Shown: positions 1 through 13,600 of the stretch, one piece after another | How the letters are laid out: each line of letters starts with the position of its first letter | How positions within the stretch are numbered: the first letter of the stretch is position 1 | The notes under the pieces: model-generated | Databases searched by the model: none | Told to the model about the DNA's origin: nothing | The model's input: the letters and a program-made list of their open reading frames with translations, nothing else | Made by a program: the position numbers and the translations under genes | Assembly: GCA_965235115.1 (NCBI GenBank) | Contig: OZ249436.1 | Coordinates: 17,858,001-17,918,000, forward strand | Source of the DNA: Laetmonice hystrix | Taxonomy: Eukaryota | Direction: 5' to 3' | Length of the DNA stretch: 60,000 bases

Positions 1-602
1 GTCTCTACAACCAGGGTAGATGGGAGCAGTGCTTGTCTCTACAACCAGGGTAGATGGGAGTAGTACTTGTCTCTACAACCAGGGTAGATGGGAGCAGTAC
101 TTGTCTCTACAACCAGGGTAGATGGGAGCAGTGCTTGTCTCTACAACCAGGGTAGATGGGAGTAGTACTTGTCTCTACAACCAGGGTAGATGGGAGCAGT
201 ACTTGTCTCTACAACCAGGGTAGATGGGAGCAGTACTTGTCTCTACAACCAGGGTAGATGGGAGCAGTGCTTGTCTCTACAACCAGGGTAGATGGGAGTA
301 GTACTTGTCTCTACAACCAGGGTAGATGGGAGCAGTACTTGTCTCTACAACTAGGGTAGATGGGAGTAGTACTTGTCTCTACAACCAGGGTAGATGGGAG
401 CAGTACTTGTCTCTACAACCAAGGTAGATGGGAGCAGTACTCTACAACCAGTCCCCTGAGACATCAACCAGGGTAGATGGGAGCAGTGCTTGTCTCTACA
501 ACCAGGGTAGATGGGAGCAGTACTTGTCTCTACAACCAGGGTAGATGGGAGCAGTGCTTGTCTCTACAACCAGGGTAGATGGGAGCAGTACTCTACAACC
601 AG
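1..602. repeat. Minisatellite, 34-bp unit, ~17 copies, truncated by window start
   Basis: Tandem GTCTCTACAACCAGGGTAGATGGGAGCAGTACTT with C/T and A/G variants. Confidence 0.97.
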
Positions 603-895
603 TCCCCTGAGATGAGTTTACACATATAGATTGATGTGCATACGTAAGTAGTACTAGAGATGAGAATACGCGACTAAAACCTGTTTAATGCTCTCTTACC
701 TGTGGCTTAGTGAGTCTACGTGACTGGCATGGTACATACTTGGTTATACACAATGTATCAAGCACAACCAAGTAGTTAGACCGTTCTTACTAAAACTGTT
801 CGCAGCGCTTGTTTCCGGTAATATTGCTGTGTTTGGCCTCATAAAAACTAGAGGACTTTGGTGGAACTGGGGTCATAGGGTCCCGGGGTCTGCTC

Positions 896-1430
896 ACTGG
901 CCACCTGCCGATAGACCGAGCTACTGGCCACCTGCAGATAGACCGAGCTACAGGCCGCCTGCCGATAGACCGAGCTACAGGCCGCCTGTCGATAGACCGA
1001 GCTACAGGCCGCCTGTCGATAGACCGAGCTACTGGCCACCTGCCGATAGACCGAGCTACTGGCCACCTGCCGATAGACCGAGCGACAGGCCGCCTGTCGA
1101 TAGACCGAGCTACTGGCCACCTGCCGATAGACCGAGCTACAGGCCGCCTGCCGATAGACCGAGCTGCAGGCCACCTGCCGATAGACCGAGCTACAGGCCA
1201 CCTGCCGATAGACCGAGCTGCAGGCCGCCTGCCGATAGACCGAGCTACAGGCCACCTGCCGATAGACCGAGCTACAGGCCGCCTGCCGATAGACCGAGCT
1301 GCAGGCCGCCTGCCGATAGACCGAGCTACAGGCCACCTGCCGATAGACCGAGCTACAGGCCACCTGCCGATAGACCGAGCTACAGGCCGCCTGCCGATAG
1401 ACCGAGCTGCAGGCCGCCTGCCAATAGACC
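896..1430. repeat. Minisatellite, 27-bp unit, ~20 copies
   Basis: Tandem GGCCACCTGCCGATAGACCGAGCTACA; explains overlapping ORFs 790-1515, 829-1491 and 848-1432. Confidence 0.97.
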
Positions 1431-1900
1431 ATCGGCTGGCCGGAGTTGCAGGTCGGGAGATGAGGGGTTTAGGACGCCAGCGTCTCAGTAGCTTCAGACG
1501 ACAGAACACCGGCACGTGGTTACACGTGCCTTAACTTCATTATGGCCACTTGATATTCCCCGGGCGGCATTCTTTCAGATCGGGATTGTTGTCATTCCCA
1601 TCAACCCCGCGACTTCCGCCATGTTCGGGCGGCGCAGGGCATCCTGGGAGACGCCGACCTGGATCTCACGTATTCTGGGTCAAGGTCAAACTAACGTGGG
1701 CCCGGCACGAGGTCATGGCTCGGGTCATCGCAGGGATCATTCCAACCAATGCATGCACGCATCGGCAATTTCTTTTCATGGACATTCCTGAAATTTACGA
1801 GGCGATTTTGTGAAACCTGTAGGCCTAAAGCGTTCTTGGTAGATGATATGAAAGTGTCCTTGGAAATGGTCATGGGGGTGCAGACCCCCACCAAACACCA

Positions 1901-2438
1901 TAAAGGCCGGTTTATAGTCCGTCGGCCGACCATCGGTCGATCATCGCTGAACGTTTATAGTTGCAGCGATCCGGCCGTCGGCCGCCGGTCGCCGGGTCAC
2001 ACTGCCCGATCCCCCCCCCCCCCGATTCTGCCGTCGGCGTTTTCCGTGTCGGCCGATGGAGTCGGGCAGTGTGACGCCGGTACCGACGGAATCTGCAGAC
2101 ATTGTGGTAGTGACAGTGGCCAGGTGATGGAAGGGTCAAGGGTCAAGGTCACGGCAAAATGGGGTCAGAAGGTAGCTGGCCAGACAACAAGATGGCCGAC
2201 GATCGGTGACGGAACGCACATGTCGGGCAGTGTGATCACGCCATCATGTCTGACGAGATCTTATCGGCGAGACTACAGATTCTACGGATTCCATCGACCG
2301 ACGCCGGAATCGGCCGACTGAAAAAAATCGGGCCGGGTGACCTCGGCTTAAAGTCTACGTGAACTTTTACCTGACGTCGAGCGATGGTCGGCCGATGGTC
2401 GGCCGATGGTCGGCCGACGGACTATAAATCGGCCTTTA
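1901..2438. mobile_element. Non-autonomous TIR DNA transposon (MITE; PIF/Harbinger-like or TA-targeting)
   Basis: Left end TAAAGGCCGGTTTATAGTCCGTCGGCCGACCATCGG is the reverse complement (1 mismatch) of right end CCGATGGTCGGCCGACGGACTATAAATCGGCCTTTA; TA or TWA target site; no transposase ORF. Confidence 0.8.
1991..2347. mobile_element. Probable second MITE nested inside the 1901-2438 element
   Basis: GCCGGGTCACACTGCCCGAT at 1991 vs ATCGGGCCGGGTGACCTCGGC ending at 2347 (imperfect inverted match); internal inverted copies TCGGGCAGTGTGA near 2062 and 2223. Confidence 0.5.
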
Positions 2439-2868
2439 GGTTGATATTATTACCAAATGGTTTCCTCAAAATATAAGCTTGTACTTCTACAACGCCCACG
2501 CAATATTAAATTGTTTATTACATCATAAATAGTCCCACAACATTACGTTTGCTGCACTGGAAATCTTTCCAATATATCACAAATACAACTACAAGTGGTT
2601 CTTGCATAGATTCGGCACATTCCCTCTTTGCGTGTCTTATAGGTAATATAATAAAAATTTAAGGAAAATCCAACTCGCTGCGTGTGTTTAAGACGGTTGT
2701 ATTAAGCCAATAAAAAGTTATCTAAACACGGTAGGTTTGCAGCACCACGGCCTAAACAAACCTATATTTATCTTTAATGAGGGTGGAAAGACCTAATGTA
2801 ATCGATAAAACTTCTGTGTAAAAAACAGAAACGACTTGCATCAATAGTTTCCAGAGTTTCAAGTTGCT

Positions 2869-3323
2869 CTACATATTACATAGGTTCTGCACCGTGTAAC
2901 TACTACATAATTTACATAGTTTCTCTACCGTGTAATCACTACATATTACATAGGTTCTGCACCGTGTAACCACTACATAATTTAAATAGGTTCTGCACCG
3001 TGTAACCACTACATAATTTACATAGGTTCTGCACCGTGTAACCACTACATAATTTACATAGGTTCTCTACCGTGTAATCACTACATATTACAGAGGTTCT
3101 GCACCGTGTAACCACTACATAATTTAAATAGGTTCTGCACCGTGTAACCACTACATAATTTACATAGGTTCTGCACCGTGTAACCACTACGTAATTTACA
3201 TAGGTTCTCTACCGTGTAATCACTACATATTACAGAGGTTCTGCACCGTGTAACCACTACATAGTTTATATTGGTTCTGTACCGTATAACCACTACATAT
3301 TACTTAGGTTCTGTACCGTGTAA
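2869..3323. repeat. Minisatellite, 34/36-bp unit with 142-bp higher-order period
   Basis: CTACATAATTTACATAGGTTCTGCACCGTGTAACCA; variant pattern recurs at 2939 and 3081. Confidence 0.95.
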
Positions 3324-3529
3324 GCATGACTTGACTGTATAAGAGTTCGTTAAGTGAGTGATTACCAGTGTTGTAAACGCCAACTCGACGCCTCTTGGCC
3401 TTTGGACTCTCCCTCTTTACACACAGCTCTGTACGCTCAAACCTGAAACATAACGAGGGAGTCCAACCCATTCTCCCCAACCTTTCATCAACAGGCCTCC
3501 CACATCTAAATTTTCAATATTTCCAAGAC

Positions 3530-4195
3530 CGGACCCGTGGAGATTCTGACCACTGAGCCACCGTACATGATGTCATTATAACCATCGGGGTTCGGTGGTC
3601 GGGGACTATGAGACCCTTTGATGTACCGTACATGATGTCATTCTGGACCCTCGGGGTCCTGTGGCCAGGGATCAACTATCGGATCCTCAGAGCCACCGTA
3701 CTTGACCTCAGGCTCCGGTGGTCAGGGAACTGTCATACCTTCTGAGCCACCGTACTTGACATCAGGCTCCGGTGGTCAGGGGACTATCAGACCTTCTGAG
3801 CCACCGTACTTGACCTCAGAGTCCGGTGGTCAGGGGACTATCAGACCTTCTGAGCCACCGTACTTGACATCAGGCTCCGGTGGTCAGGGGACTATCAGAC
3901 CTTCTGAGCCACCGTACTTGACATAAGGCTCCGGTGGTCAGGGGACTATCAGACCTTCTGAGCCACCGTACTTGACCTCAGGCTCCGGTGGTCAGGGAAC
4001 TATCAGACCTTCTGAGCCACCGTACTTGACCTCAGAGTCCGGTGGTCAGGGGACTATCAGACCTTCTGAGCCACCGTACTTGACCTCAGAGTCCGGTGGT
4101 CAGGGGACTATCAGACCTTCTGAGCCACCGTACTTGACCTCAGGGTCCGGTGGCCAGGAGATTATCAGACCTTCTGAGCCACCGTACTTGACCCT
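3530..4195. repeat. Minisatellite, 54-bp unit, ~9 homogeneous plus 2-3 degenerate copies
   Basis: CCTTCTGAGCCACCGTACTTGACCTCAGGCTCCGGTGGTCAGGGGACTATCAGA; diverged copies at 3530-3700. Confidence 0.95.
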
Positions 4196-7100
4196 CAGGT
4201 GTGGTGCAGGGAGCATAGTGGCGGGACCCTCAGCCCGATGATTCAATGTTTGAGGGGCCGTCAACGAGTGTTTTTCTGTATCGATCCCGACAGTGAAGCC
4301 GAGACCGGTCCCGCCAGGAGTTGGGGGTGGGACAGGGAGTGAGATCTGCCTGATAGTAGAATATCAGCACGGCTGGACACAGCTGACCACGGTCAGCCGA
4401 GCTAAACAACGCTCAACTTAGGTCATCACAACGTATCCAACCAAGGATAACTTCCCTCAAAGACGCTCAAAGAAGGCAAACCAAGGCTGCTCAATGACCC
4501 TGTCTCAGCATCACACAAACATCACTGACTCCTACTGCTCGTAGAAAGACGATAATGCGCATGCCCGGCCAGCCAACCAGCCAGTGGCGAGGTGGCACCC
4601 TCGGGATCGGCGTCCATTCTTCCGGTGATTGTCACAGTGATCTGTGAACGCCGTTAGGAGTGCTATCATGCCTGGTTCACGTGACGTAGCCGAGATATTC
4701 ACCAGCGTTCCTCAGTGTGCAAGAATGCTGGTCCAAATGGCGGTCACCGTGACGTCATGCATTGTGGCTGGCCCGCAGTGACGCGACAAAGTGGCTCTCA
4801 TTGGGCACTTTGAAACGATGTTCTGCCGGCCCTAGCGAGGCCCATTAACAGATCGAGTCATTGACTTGATCCCAGTGGCCTTGACCGGGCCGCTGATAGA
4901 AAATATGCTGGTATGTAAACAAGAGTATGGCAGTTCTTTCCTCCTTCTGTTTGTAACTCCAGTTTTGAATACATTGTAAAATTTGCAATGGAATAACAAT
5001 GCATAATAACAATGGAATTTCGTCGAAGATTTCGGGGAAAAATGTGTTCTCTATATGTTCAGAAAACACGTGTTCGGCGATGCTGAAAAAGGATTCTAGG
5101 GAGGGCCCACAGACCCACCGAACATGGGCCACCGATTATCCACCATAAGGTGTCCCCCAGCTAGTAAGACGCTGGCGTCCTAAACCCGTCAGCAGGACGT
5201 AGATTCGCGTCACCTACGAAACCTTGAAGCGTTACATGCAAATAAATATTGAGGAAATGGGCCTTGTACCGCCGTGGTAGGACACCTGGCCATATCCATG
5301 GATTGTGGCACCAAGAGAACGAGGTTCTGTGATGGGGCCTGCCCACATCGTCTGGTTCGGTCGACCTTGGGCCCAGCACGCTCGATATTTACCGTGTCGT
5401 CAGTTGTCATGGCCAAGTGCAACGATTGTCCACTCGTGCCACACAGGATATTGCACTTAGGCTGTCGAGCCAGCCAAGCGTATTGTAATTGTGACAAATG
5501 TTTCCACATGCAACGTTCCAGGCCTGAGCGGCTCGATACGTTGAAGAAATGAGCAAAACAACAACACGGTCAACTAGATTGCCTGGTAAACCCCCAGAAA
5601 GAGGACCCCATCTCACCCCAGCTCAGAACGCGCGGTTGTCCCGGTGACCGAAGATACAGGCGTCGCTGAACGCTGGCGTCGTCCACATACCGCGCTGGAC
5701 ATGGCGCCACTAGGCGTCCCTCTCCCGGCCGCCGTAAACAGACGAACGCGGCGGGCCATAACGTCCTCACAGCAGGCGGGACGGCGCGCCCTGACGTGCT
5801 CTACGTTACGTACTGCGCCCTTCATCATTTCGTACCCTCGGGGTAAATACCCACCTCTCAATCTTTCCCCTCCCAGACTAGATCCGTGTTCAGACACCGT
5901 TAACGGCTCATCACGGCCCCACCCCCCTTATTGCGCAATCACGTGGAATCATTACGCCATGCCCCCTATTATCGCTCGAGCTCTGTCATATTCATTCCAG
6001 CGGTGTTACCTGGCGCTTTACATCCGACGGCATTAGGTCAATAGCGACAAGAGGCGCTGCTGGCCTTAGAAGCGTCCGTTTTAATGGTGTCATGAATTGT
6101 AAAACAGTCTTGGAAGCGTCTGGTTCTATTAATACAGGCTTGGTTAACACAGAAGAGGAGGAGGTAAGCGGCATACCATCTCCGGGAATCTATATGTAAC
6201 ATAGACATGGGATCTATCCGGACATAGGACATCGCCCAATCTTTGCTCCAGGCTTTTAACTCTTCAAACTTGTATTGATCAAGATGGACAGACCAAACAT
6301 ACGTCCGCCAAATGTCTTTCCATGACAGGTAATGACTGGTTGTACTTCTGCTGCTGTATTTACCAATTTACCAATCAGTCACAAACATCCCATCTTCATC
6401 TGCCATCAGTCTACAGGACTCCTGTGGTAAGCAGCATGATTCTACCAATCATTAGATTTCCCTTCACAAACAACCCAACTCTACCAATCATCAGAGCTGC
6501 CGTCCCAGACAATCCAACTGCAGCAGTCGCCAGTCTCCAATGAAGTGCCATCACAAACGGTTTCAAATCTTCAAGTATTGAAGCCCGACTACCAAGATCT
6601 GAGGAGAGCGCCAAGCGGACTCACAGAGCCTCCCGGCAGACAGTCATGGCGCGATTTGCCGCTCCATCTCGTTCTGCAGAAGGAGGCAGCCTTGGCCCCG
6701 CCTAGCTGTGACGGCCTGACTATGAGTCGTCCTATCAAATTAAGATGTCTCACCGCTCATCTAATGATGGAACCACGCAAAACGCACCAACCCAGAATCA
6801 ATGTTTGCTGGCGTCGTGTGCTCTTCTCGTGGAGGACGGCGGACGGTGTTTTACTTCTGATAATTAAAGATGAAGGTGAAATGACCTTCGCAAATGGACA
6901 GAAAGGGAGCTTATAGCGATCCGAAAGTAGGCATCGTGTACCGTGTAATTGGGGTACTGACTGCGCATGTCCTGCGCATATATCCAATCTCAGCTGCGCA
7001 GTCCGTGTGCTTAAGGTTTCGATTGTATTCCATCTTAAGGCGGTCGGGCAGGGTCGGATATCACAGGATTCTCATTTCTTTGTCATATTGTTCGGGAACA

Positions 7101-7646
7101 AGCCAAGTGTGTCTAATACTACAAGACAGCCGCTTGTCTCGGCCGAGCCACTCTTTATCCAGCGACGATGGAGACCACAGACGGCTACCAGTGGTCCTGG
7201 CTCTGGTCGTGATGCTGGGATCTGAGACTTAAAACATTTAATCCACGATGAGAGGGAGAGAGCGAGTGGGAGAGAGGGGGAGGGGAGAGGGGGAGAGAGC
7301 TCGTCCTTGTTGACAGTCTGAGTGGATTCTGCCATTCAAACGAAACCAGGCGCCGTAGGACGAGGATAACCTACCAGTTCCTTTATATCCGTTTCCGCTG
7401 GTTAAATGAACGTATAGATATAATATCGCTTGATATCTCTGTAATAATGATACTACAGTTTGGTATTTGAGGCTCTCATGATTACAAAGACCGGATGGCA
7501 GGATGTAAAGAAAGTGCAAACCAGAGGAGCATCCAACAAGAACCTTGGCCGAGTTGGAGGAACTTCAACACCGGCACAGGAAGCAGTGGGTGCAGTAGGA
7601 GGTCACTACCGGAAGGAGAGAAGGCCTCAGAGCCGACGATCTCCGG

Positions 7647-7650
<4 letters not shown>

Positions 7651-7693
<43 letters not shown>
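7651..7693. repeat. (AG)n microsatellite
   Basis: Perfect AG run. Confidence 0.98.
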
Positions 7694-7697
<4 letters not shown>

Positions 7698-8191
7698 CGA
7701 AACAGATATAGACCTAAAACATCTATCCCATTCTGACGGAGATGTAGTGTGGATAAAATGTAAAGGCCGTAAAGGACGTACGAACTGAGCGTCAGGAATC
7801 AGGTACCATTGAACCTGGACGTTTGCATTGACAACAGTTCACGTCGTACTTTAATAAAAGAAAACACGATTAGGTTAGGCGGACACCTAAAACAACAACG
7901 GTATAAAGGCGATAATCCAAAAGAATGCAATTCTCGCGACATCTCGCGCCTCATTCCCCGAGACTTGTGCACCAATACGAGGTGATTTTGAACGGATCAC
8001 ATAATATGTCCGTCTCGCCTTAATACCCCGGTTCCGATCTCAAACGTATGGCGATATCTTACAATGATTCATTATGTCCAGTACAAGCTGGAGGTTCACA
8101 AGATCCAGATACATTACTTCCTCTCTATAGGAGCTGGGGGTGTGTGTGCTTTATGACAGTCTGTTCGAGGCCACTTGTGGATGTCCTCCGC

Positions 8192-8288
8192 CCACTTTTT
8201 GTGGAGGTCCTCACTTTTTGTGGAGGTCCTCACTTTTTGTGGAAGTCTTCACTTTTTGTGGAAGTTCCCACTTTTATGGAAGTCCTCC
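8192..8288. repeat. Short 19-bp tandem repeat, ~5 copies
   Basis: CACTTTTTGTGGAGGTCCT. Confidence 0.9.
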
Positions 8289-8871
8289 AACCCACTTACG
8301 TCTCACGGATGTCCATCCCCCGGGCGGGCGGGCTCGACCTGGGTGTCCATAACCCGACCAGCGAGCTCACACAGCACAGTAGGCGGCTCGCACGGCTTTG
8401 TTTCAGATAATGACTAATTTCACATATCTCCTCCTTGATGTTTCTAGAAACTCCTTTCATTTACCTTTAGGCCAATCGGGCGCGGCATAATGGAAGTCAG
8501 AAGTTCGAGTAACACCGAATATGTTTGTTCTCCAACCGCCCCTCTCAGTGGCCGGGAAGTTAGCTCGCGTTTTGAGGCCGTGTGAGGAGGAGCGGCTTGG
8601 ACTTATTGCCTTGTTGCAGGTGGAGTTGGCCAATTTTTCTGAGTAACTCTACCCCTTAGCTGACTCTTGGTGGGAAGTAATCCGGCCACCGAATGGACCT
8701 CACTCTTTCAACCTTCTGCCAGGATAAGACAGTTGATAGAAATCTTGTAAGAAGTAGGTGCTACGAGTGCTGCAAGGTTTGCTTGACCAACTGTTTGAGG
8801 GAAAACAGAAGTTTCCGACTGCCTATAATCCGCGCAAGCGTCATGTCAATGCAATTAAGACACTAAGGCTT

Positions 8872-9048
8872 TCCTCTCTCTGTCTGTCTCTGCCTCTCTC
8901 TGTCTCTGTCTCTCTGTCTCTCTGTCTCTCTGTCCCTGTCTCTCTATGTCTCTCTCTGACTATATGTATCTGTGTGTGTCTGTCTCTGTCCCCTCTGTCT
9001 GTCTCTGTTTGTCTGTCTGTCTCTCTCTCGCTCTCTATTCGTCTCTCA
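8872..9048. repeat. CT/CTGT low-complexity microsatellite
   Basis: Degenerate (CT)n/(CTGT)n. Confidence 0.9.
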
Positions 9049-9903
9049 GGACATGTACGAATCCTGAGAAATCAAGTGTACGGACAATAAAATAGCATTT
9101 CATTTTATCCAGGCACGTTCACGGTACGTCTCAACTAGCCGTCCCTGTCAAGTGCCCGTATACGCCAGCAAACGGTGTACTACGGGACGCCCGCGGTTAC
9201 ACACTGATGGCCACGTCTTCACTCACTTCCTTTGATGACCTGGCGTTGTTGTGACCTTGTTTTAATCGGCGGCACGTCTTTGATGCCGGACGCTTCAGCT
9301 GTGTACAGATTATCGCCCCTGTAACCGGTGCGAGGGCCGGGGGGCGTCTCATAACCTGTACAGACGTCCTCTATCTATCCCAACACTGGCAAGTTTTAAC
9401 ATGGTCTGCCTCCCCCGCCGACCATACCATTATTCCATCAACACCGCCTCCTTGTTTATCGTCAGTTCCTATCAGCTTCAGGTTCATAAGATCGGTCTTC
9501 AGGTCGTGTCAAATGATCAAAGATGACGCAGCGATCTGTGACGTCATAACGGTCACACAGCTCGGTTAATTCTGCGTGAAAGTGACCGAGACCTGCCGAG
9601 ATCTGCAATCCGCCACTCTTCCACCACAATCCATTGACAGCGTCACTGCCATGTACTGCCTTTACTGCCCATTTTTCGGTTATTCCCCTATGGTAACTTT
9701 CCCACAACATTTTTGGGCACCGGTCCGGGTTTACGGGTTAAGGTCAGGGCTATGGATCTTTACTTTCGACCAAATTTCGTGTGGTTTAAGTTATCATTGG
9801 CGATTTAGCCATTTTTCTTCATATCTTGCCATTCATCTCTAGATAGTGAAAACGGCCCTGGGCATTTGAAGAACCTGAAAACGTCAACTCTGTGCCACTC
9901 TTG

Positions 9904-10636
9904 GGGCCTACTCGTCAGGATCGTGAGATATCTTAGGGCCTACTCGTCAGGATCGTGAGATATCTTAGGGCCTACTCGTCAGGATCGTCAGGTATCTTAT
10001 GGCCTACTCGTCAGGATCGTGAGATATCTTAGGGCCTACTCGTCAGGATCGTGAGATATCTTAGGGCCCATCGTGAGATATCTGAAGGCCTACTCGTCAG
10101 GATCGTGAGATATCTTAGGGCCTACTCGTCAGGATCGCCAGGTATCTTATGGCCTACTCGCCGGGATCGTGAGATATCTCAGGGCCCACTCGTCCAGATT
10201 GTGAGATATCTTAGGGCCTACTCGTCAGGATCGTGAGATATCTTAGGGCCTACTCGTCAGGATCGCCAGGTATCTTATGGCCTACTCGCTGGGATCGTGA
10301 GATATCTCAGGGCCCACTCGTCCAGATTGTGAGATATCTTAGGGCCTACTCGTCAGGATCCTGAGATATCTTTGGGCCCATCGTGAGATATCTGAAGGCC
10401 TACTCGTCAGGATCGTGAGATATCTTAGGGCCTACTCGTCAGGATCGTGAGATATCTTTGGGCCCATCGTGAGATATCTGAAGGCCTACTCGTCAGGATC
10501 GTGAGATATCTTAGGGCCTACTCGTCAGGATCGTGAGATATCTTAGGGCTTACTCGTCAGGATCGTGAGATATCTTAGGGCTTACTCGTCAGGATCGTGA
10601 GATATCTTAGAGCCTACTCGTCAGGATCCTGAGATA
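9904..10636. repeat. Minisatellite, 32-bp unit, ~23 copies with truncated variants
   Basis: GGGCCTACTCGTCAGGATCGTGAGATATCTTA. Confidence 0.96.
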
Positions 10637-13600
10637 TTCGCTGTTCCTAGAACGGTTGAATGTTGTCAATGACAGGAGTGACGTCAAACGGAAGCCATTT
10701 TTGACTACTCTCTGTTTATTGTTATTTGAAATATTCCCGTGTGAAATGAAGCGAGTGAGACGAAGGAAGCGATACGTGATTGTTTGCTTGCGTCCTGTCA
10801 GCCTCGACCCGCCGTCTTATTTAGTGTTTCTAGGGAGCTTATGTTGGGTCAGAGTAAGCCTATTTATTGTAGGGGGGTTCACCTATTGTAGGCTTATCAC
10901 AAACATTAAAAACGCTCAGATAGCTGTCTGGGCGCCAGGGACTGGACGTTTTTATAACAGCCTTGCAGGGGCTGCGCTTACATTGTTTGGCACGAGTCTG
11001 TACAGTTATTGTCAGTCTCTGGTGATAAAGTTGATGATAGCGATGACTTGAATGACGATGAAAGTGACCAAACAGAGGTCCGCTTTGCGTGCGGTTCCAG
11101 GTGTCCTAGAACCTACAGACATAGTACAACACTCCAAACATGATGACCACCAAGTGTCCCACCATCTCAAGATAGATTTCTAGACTTTGGGGTACTCGCA
11201 TGGTTATCCTAGAATTCCAGATCTGATTCCGTGAGGACTGCTTCAGAATCCCCTCAAACGAGCACACCCCTATAACTGATCCCACCTTCTGAATAAGGCA
11301 GTGACCGATGGGGCATGCTCACACAAGCATGTACGTGCACACTTTCCGCATATCTCACAGCAAACAAACACCTCTCGGTCAAATGGTCGTTGTCCGGTAG
11401 CCTATTCACTGTATTCAGTTCACACAGTATCCATGCCACCTTCCTATAGAATGCGTGCAAACCTTGGCAGTACAACCCCGTGAGGATCTAACCTTGACTC
11501 GCGCGGACCTCTCCGTATTCCGTTCACAGACTGGCCGAGACCGGGCGACCATGTATTTCACCCGAAACCTCCACCAATGCATCGCCTACCGGTAACTGGT
11601 AAAACGTATGTTGAATGAGAAATAAAAAGTTCTTCGCTGTGTGCGAGTAGATTATAACGCTGTTACTCTGTCTAAATGATAGAAGTGGTGTATAGGGGTC
11701 ACAGTTCAAGTTGTTTGGACTGTCTAGGCGGTGAGGATGTGGGGTTCTTACCTTCGTGCTGAGATATGCCAACAAATATCATGATCGAAATATGCCTTCG
11801 ATCATGTCTCCAGTCTCAGCTTGCTACCTTCCTCGGCGTCAGTTATGGGCGAGAGTGAACGCTGATAGAATATTATTTTTGTTGAGAAGATATTTCTAAT
11901 TGATTCTCAGCTTTCACCAGTGTCCAACGCTTTCCGTTAAATTTTCACGCTTACATTTATTTATGACTCTGTATTTTCATTATGTACCAGGGTGTTTGTG
12001 TATCATCTTTCATCCCAACATTGTTCGACTAAAGTTGTTTTTACAGAGTGGGACAACACGTCACATTCATGTCATTTTACTTTTTGTGCTGTCATATATC
12101 AAGGATCTAATTGATCCGGGTGGGAGACAAAGCAGTCCCTTTTATTTCTTTTTGATCGTCATGCGATTTTCCCCCACCGACAAGCGACGTCAAGTCTTGT
12201 TAAGAGCCTAGCGTGAAATATGGCAAAAGGGAACGGAGAAAGGTGAAATAATTCAGGAGATATTTGCTGGCGCTTCAAGCACATTTCGACGGCTGGAAGT
12301 AGGACATCCACTGATACGTGCCTCAGGTTGGGTTGGGAGGGGACGCTTGGCCCTATGGACGGGACTGATAGCCTTCCGCCGGGGACGCTGCCGTAATGTG
12401 GACCCCCCACCCCCACCCCCCAACTCCCCGCCGGGGGATGGGGCGGTGAGACGCCGAGGGGCCAGAGATCCACTACTGACTGATGATAACCGCAGGTGCT
12501 GTGACAAGGCGAGATCTGCGCAGTGTGGCGTGTTTTCGAGTCGTGTTAGCGCATGAAGTAGACAGGGCCGATCTCACCATTTAGTCCGGCTATGTGAACG
12601 GTTGGTCGTCGTTTTTCTTCCTCTGACTCAATGACACGATGCTTTCTGATCGCCCCGCTGCCAGGGAACTTGCCCATAATTATCGGAATCATTGCATGTT
12701 TGGAAGATTCATTAAGAGAATGCATCTTTCAGACTCAAATAAGCAAAGTGTTAAAATGCCTCGACACGCGATCCGTCCATAACGACCGATCGGTGGTCCG
12801 CTATCACTGGGCAACGCCCACATCTCGTCCCACCTCTCGCACCCCGCGGGAAGGCCAGACCGTAGGGTCACACCGACGCACGCTGCCTCCACAGCCAATC
12901 AATCCTAGCCACGTGACCAGACTCGTATAGCCAACCAGGAAACATTGTCCATTCGTGGAAAGAATCACAATACAACCTAAAAGGCTTTACAAATTCGAAG
13001 TTTGACTCCCAAGTCTGCAGCGACGTGTGCAGAGTTATAGACATACCTCATACGTCATTTTTCAACTTGCCAGCCTCAAGGCCGCGAGCCAGAGCGCGTT
13101 CTACTCTTAACGACGTGATCAATTTTTTTCTAGTTGCTATGGGTGTAGGATATGAGGGGAGTCATTGTCAAGTTCATAAGTAATACCTCGGCAGAGACAG
13201 GGCATCACGTGACCTGATGTCACCTGACTTTGATAACCTGTCAGGATTGACTGCTGTCTTGATCAAGGTCAAGGTCGTCCACGTCTGATCAGAGGTCGCG
13301 GAAACAAAGGAGAGGTCTCTGATGTTACAAAATACATAATACAACCACGTGATAAACGTCCTTTAGGAGCCCGCCAAGATTCAAGGTCTCTGTCGATACC
13401 ATCCCTAAGGAGCTATTCAACGAATGGAATTCCTAATTGTGGAGCAAGGATCGCTCAGGCAATCCGCTTCGCATCTTGATAAAAAGGATTTAATCGCCCG
13501 AGGCACTTGTATGCTTCTTTGTGAAGGACTACAATAGGATATGTCGAAAGGGCCATTTGAATCATATAGGCAATTCCCCAGTTGTGAGCCCCCGCAATTC

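Noticed and set aside
790..1515. Pro/Arg/Tyr-rich protein (PPADRPSY)n
   Set aside because: The 27-bp unit is open on both strands; most unit variants are non-synonymous (A/V, Y/C, W/R); no ATG or signal peptide
3702..4241. (SGSGGQGTIRPSEPPYLT)n protein
   Set aside because: In-frame TAA at 3924-3926 inside the array and frame-breaking degenerate copies
4852..4910. Possible + exon (RVIDLIPVALTGPLIENML) and similar AG...GT-bounded open segments near 11529, 17571, 34570 (-), 55283 and 57106
   Set aside because: Short, no recognisable homology, and I cannot chain them into a consistent gene; expected by chance
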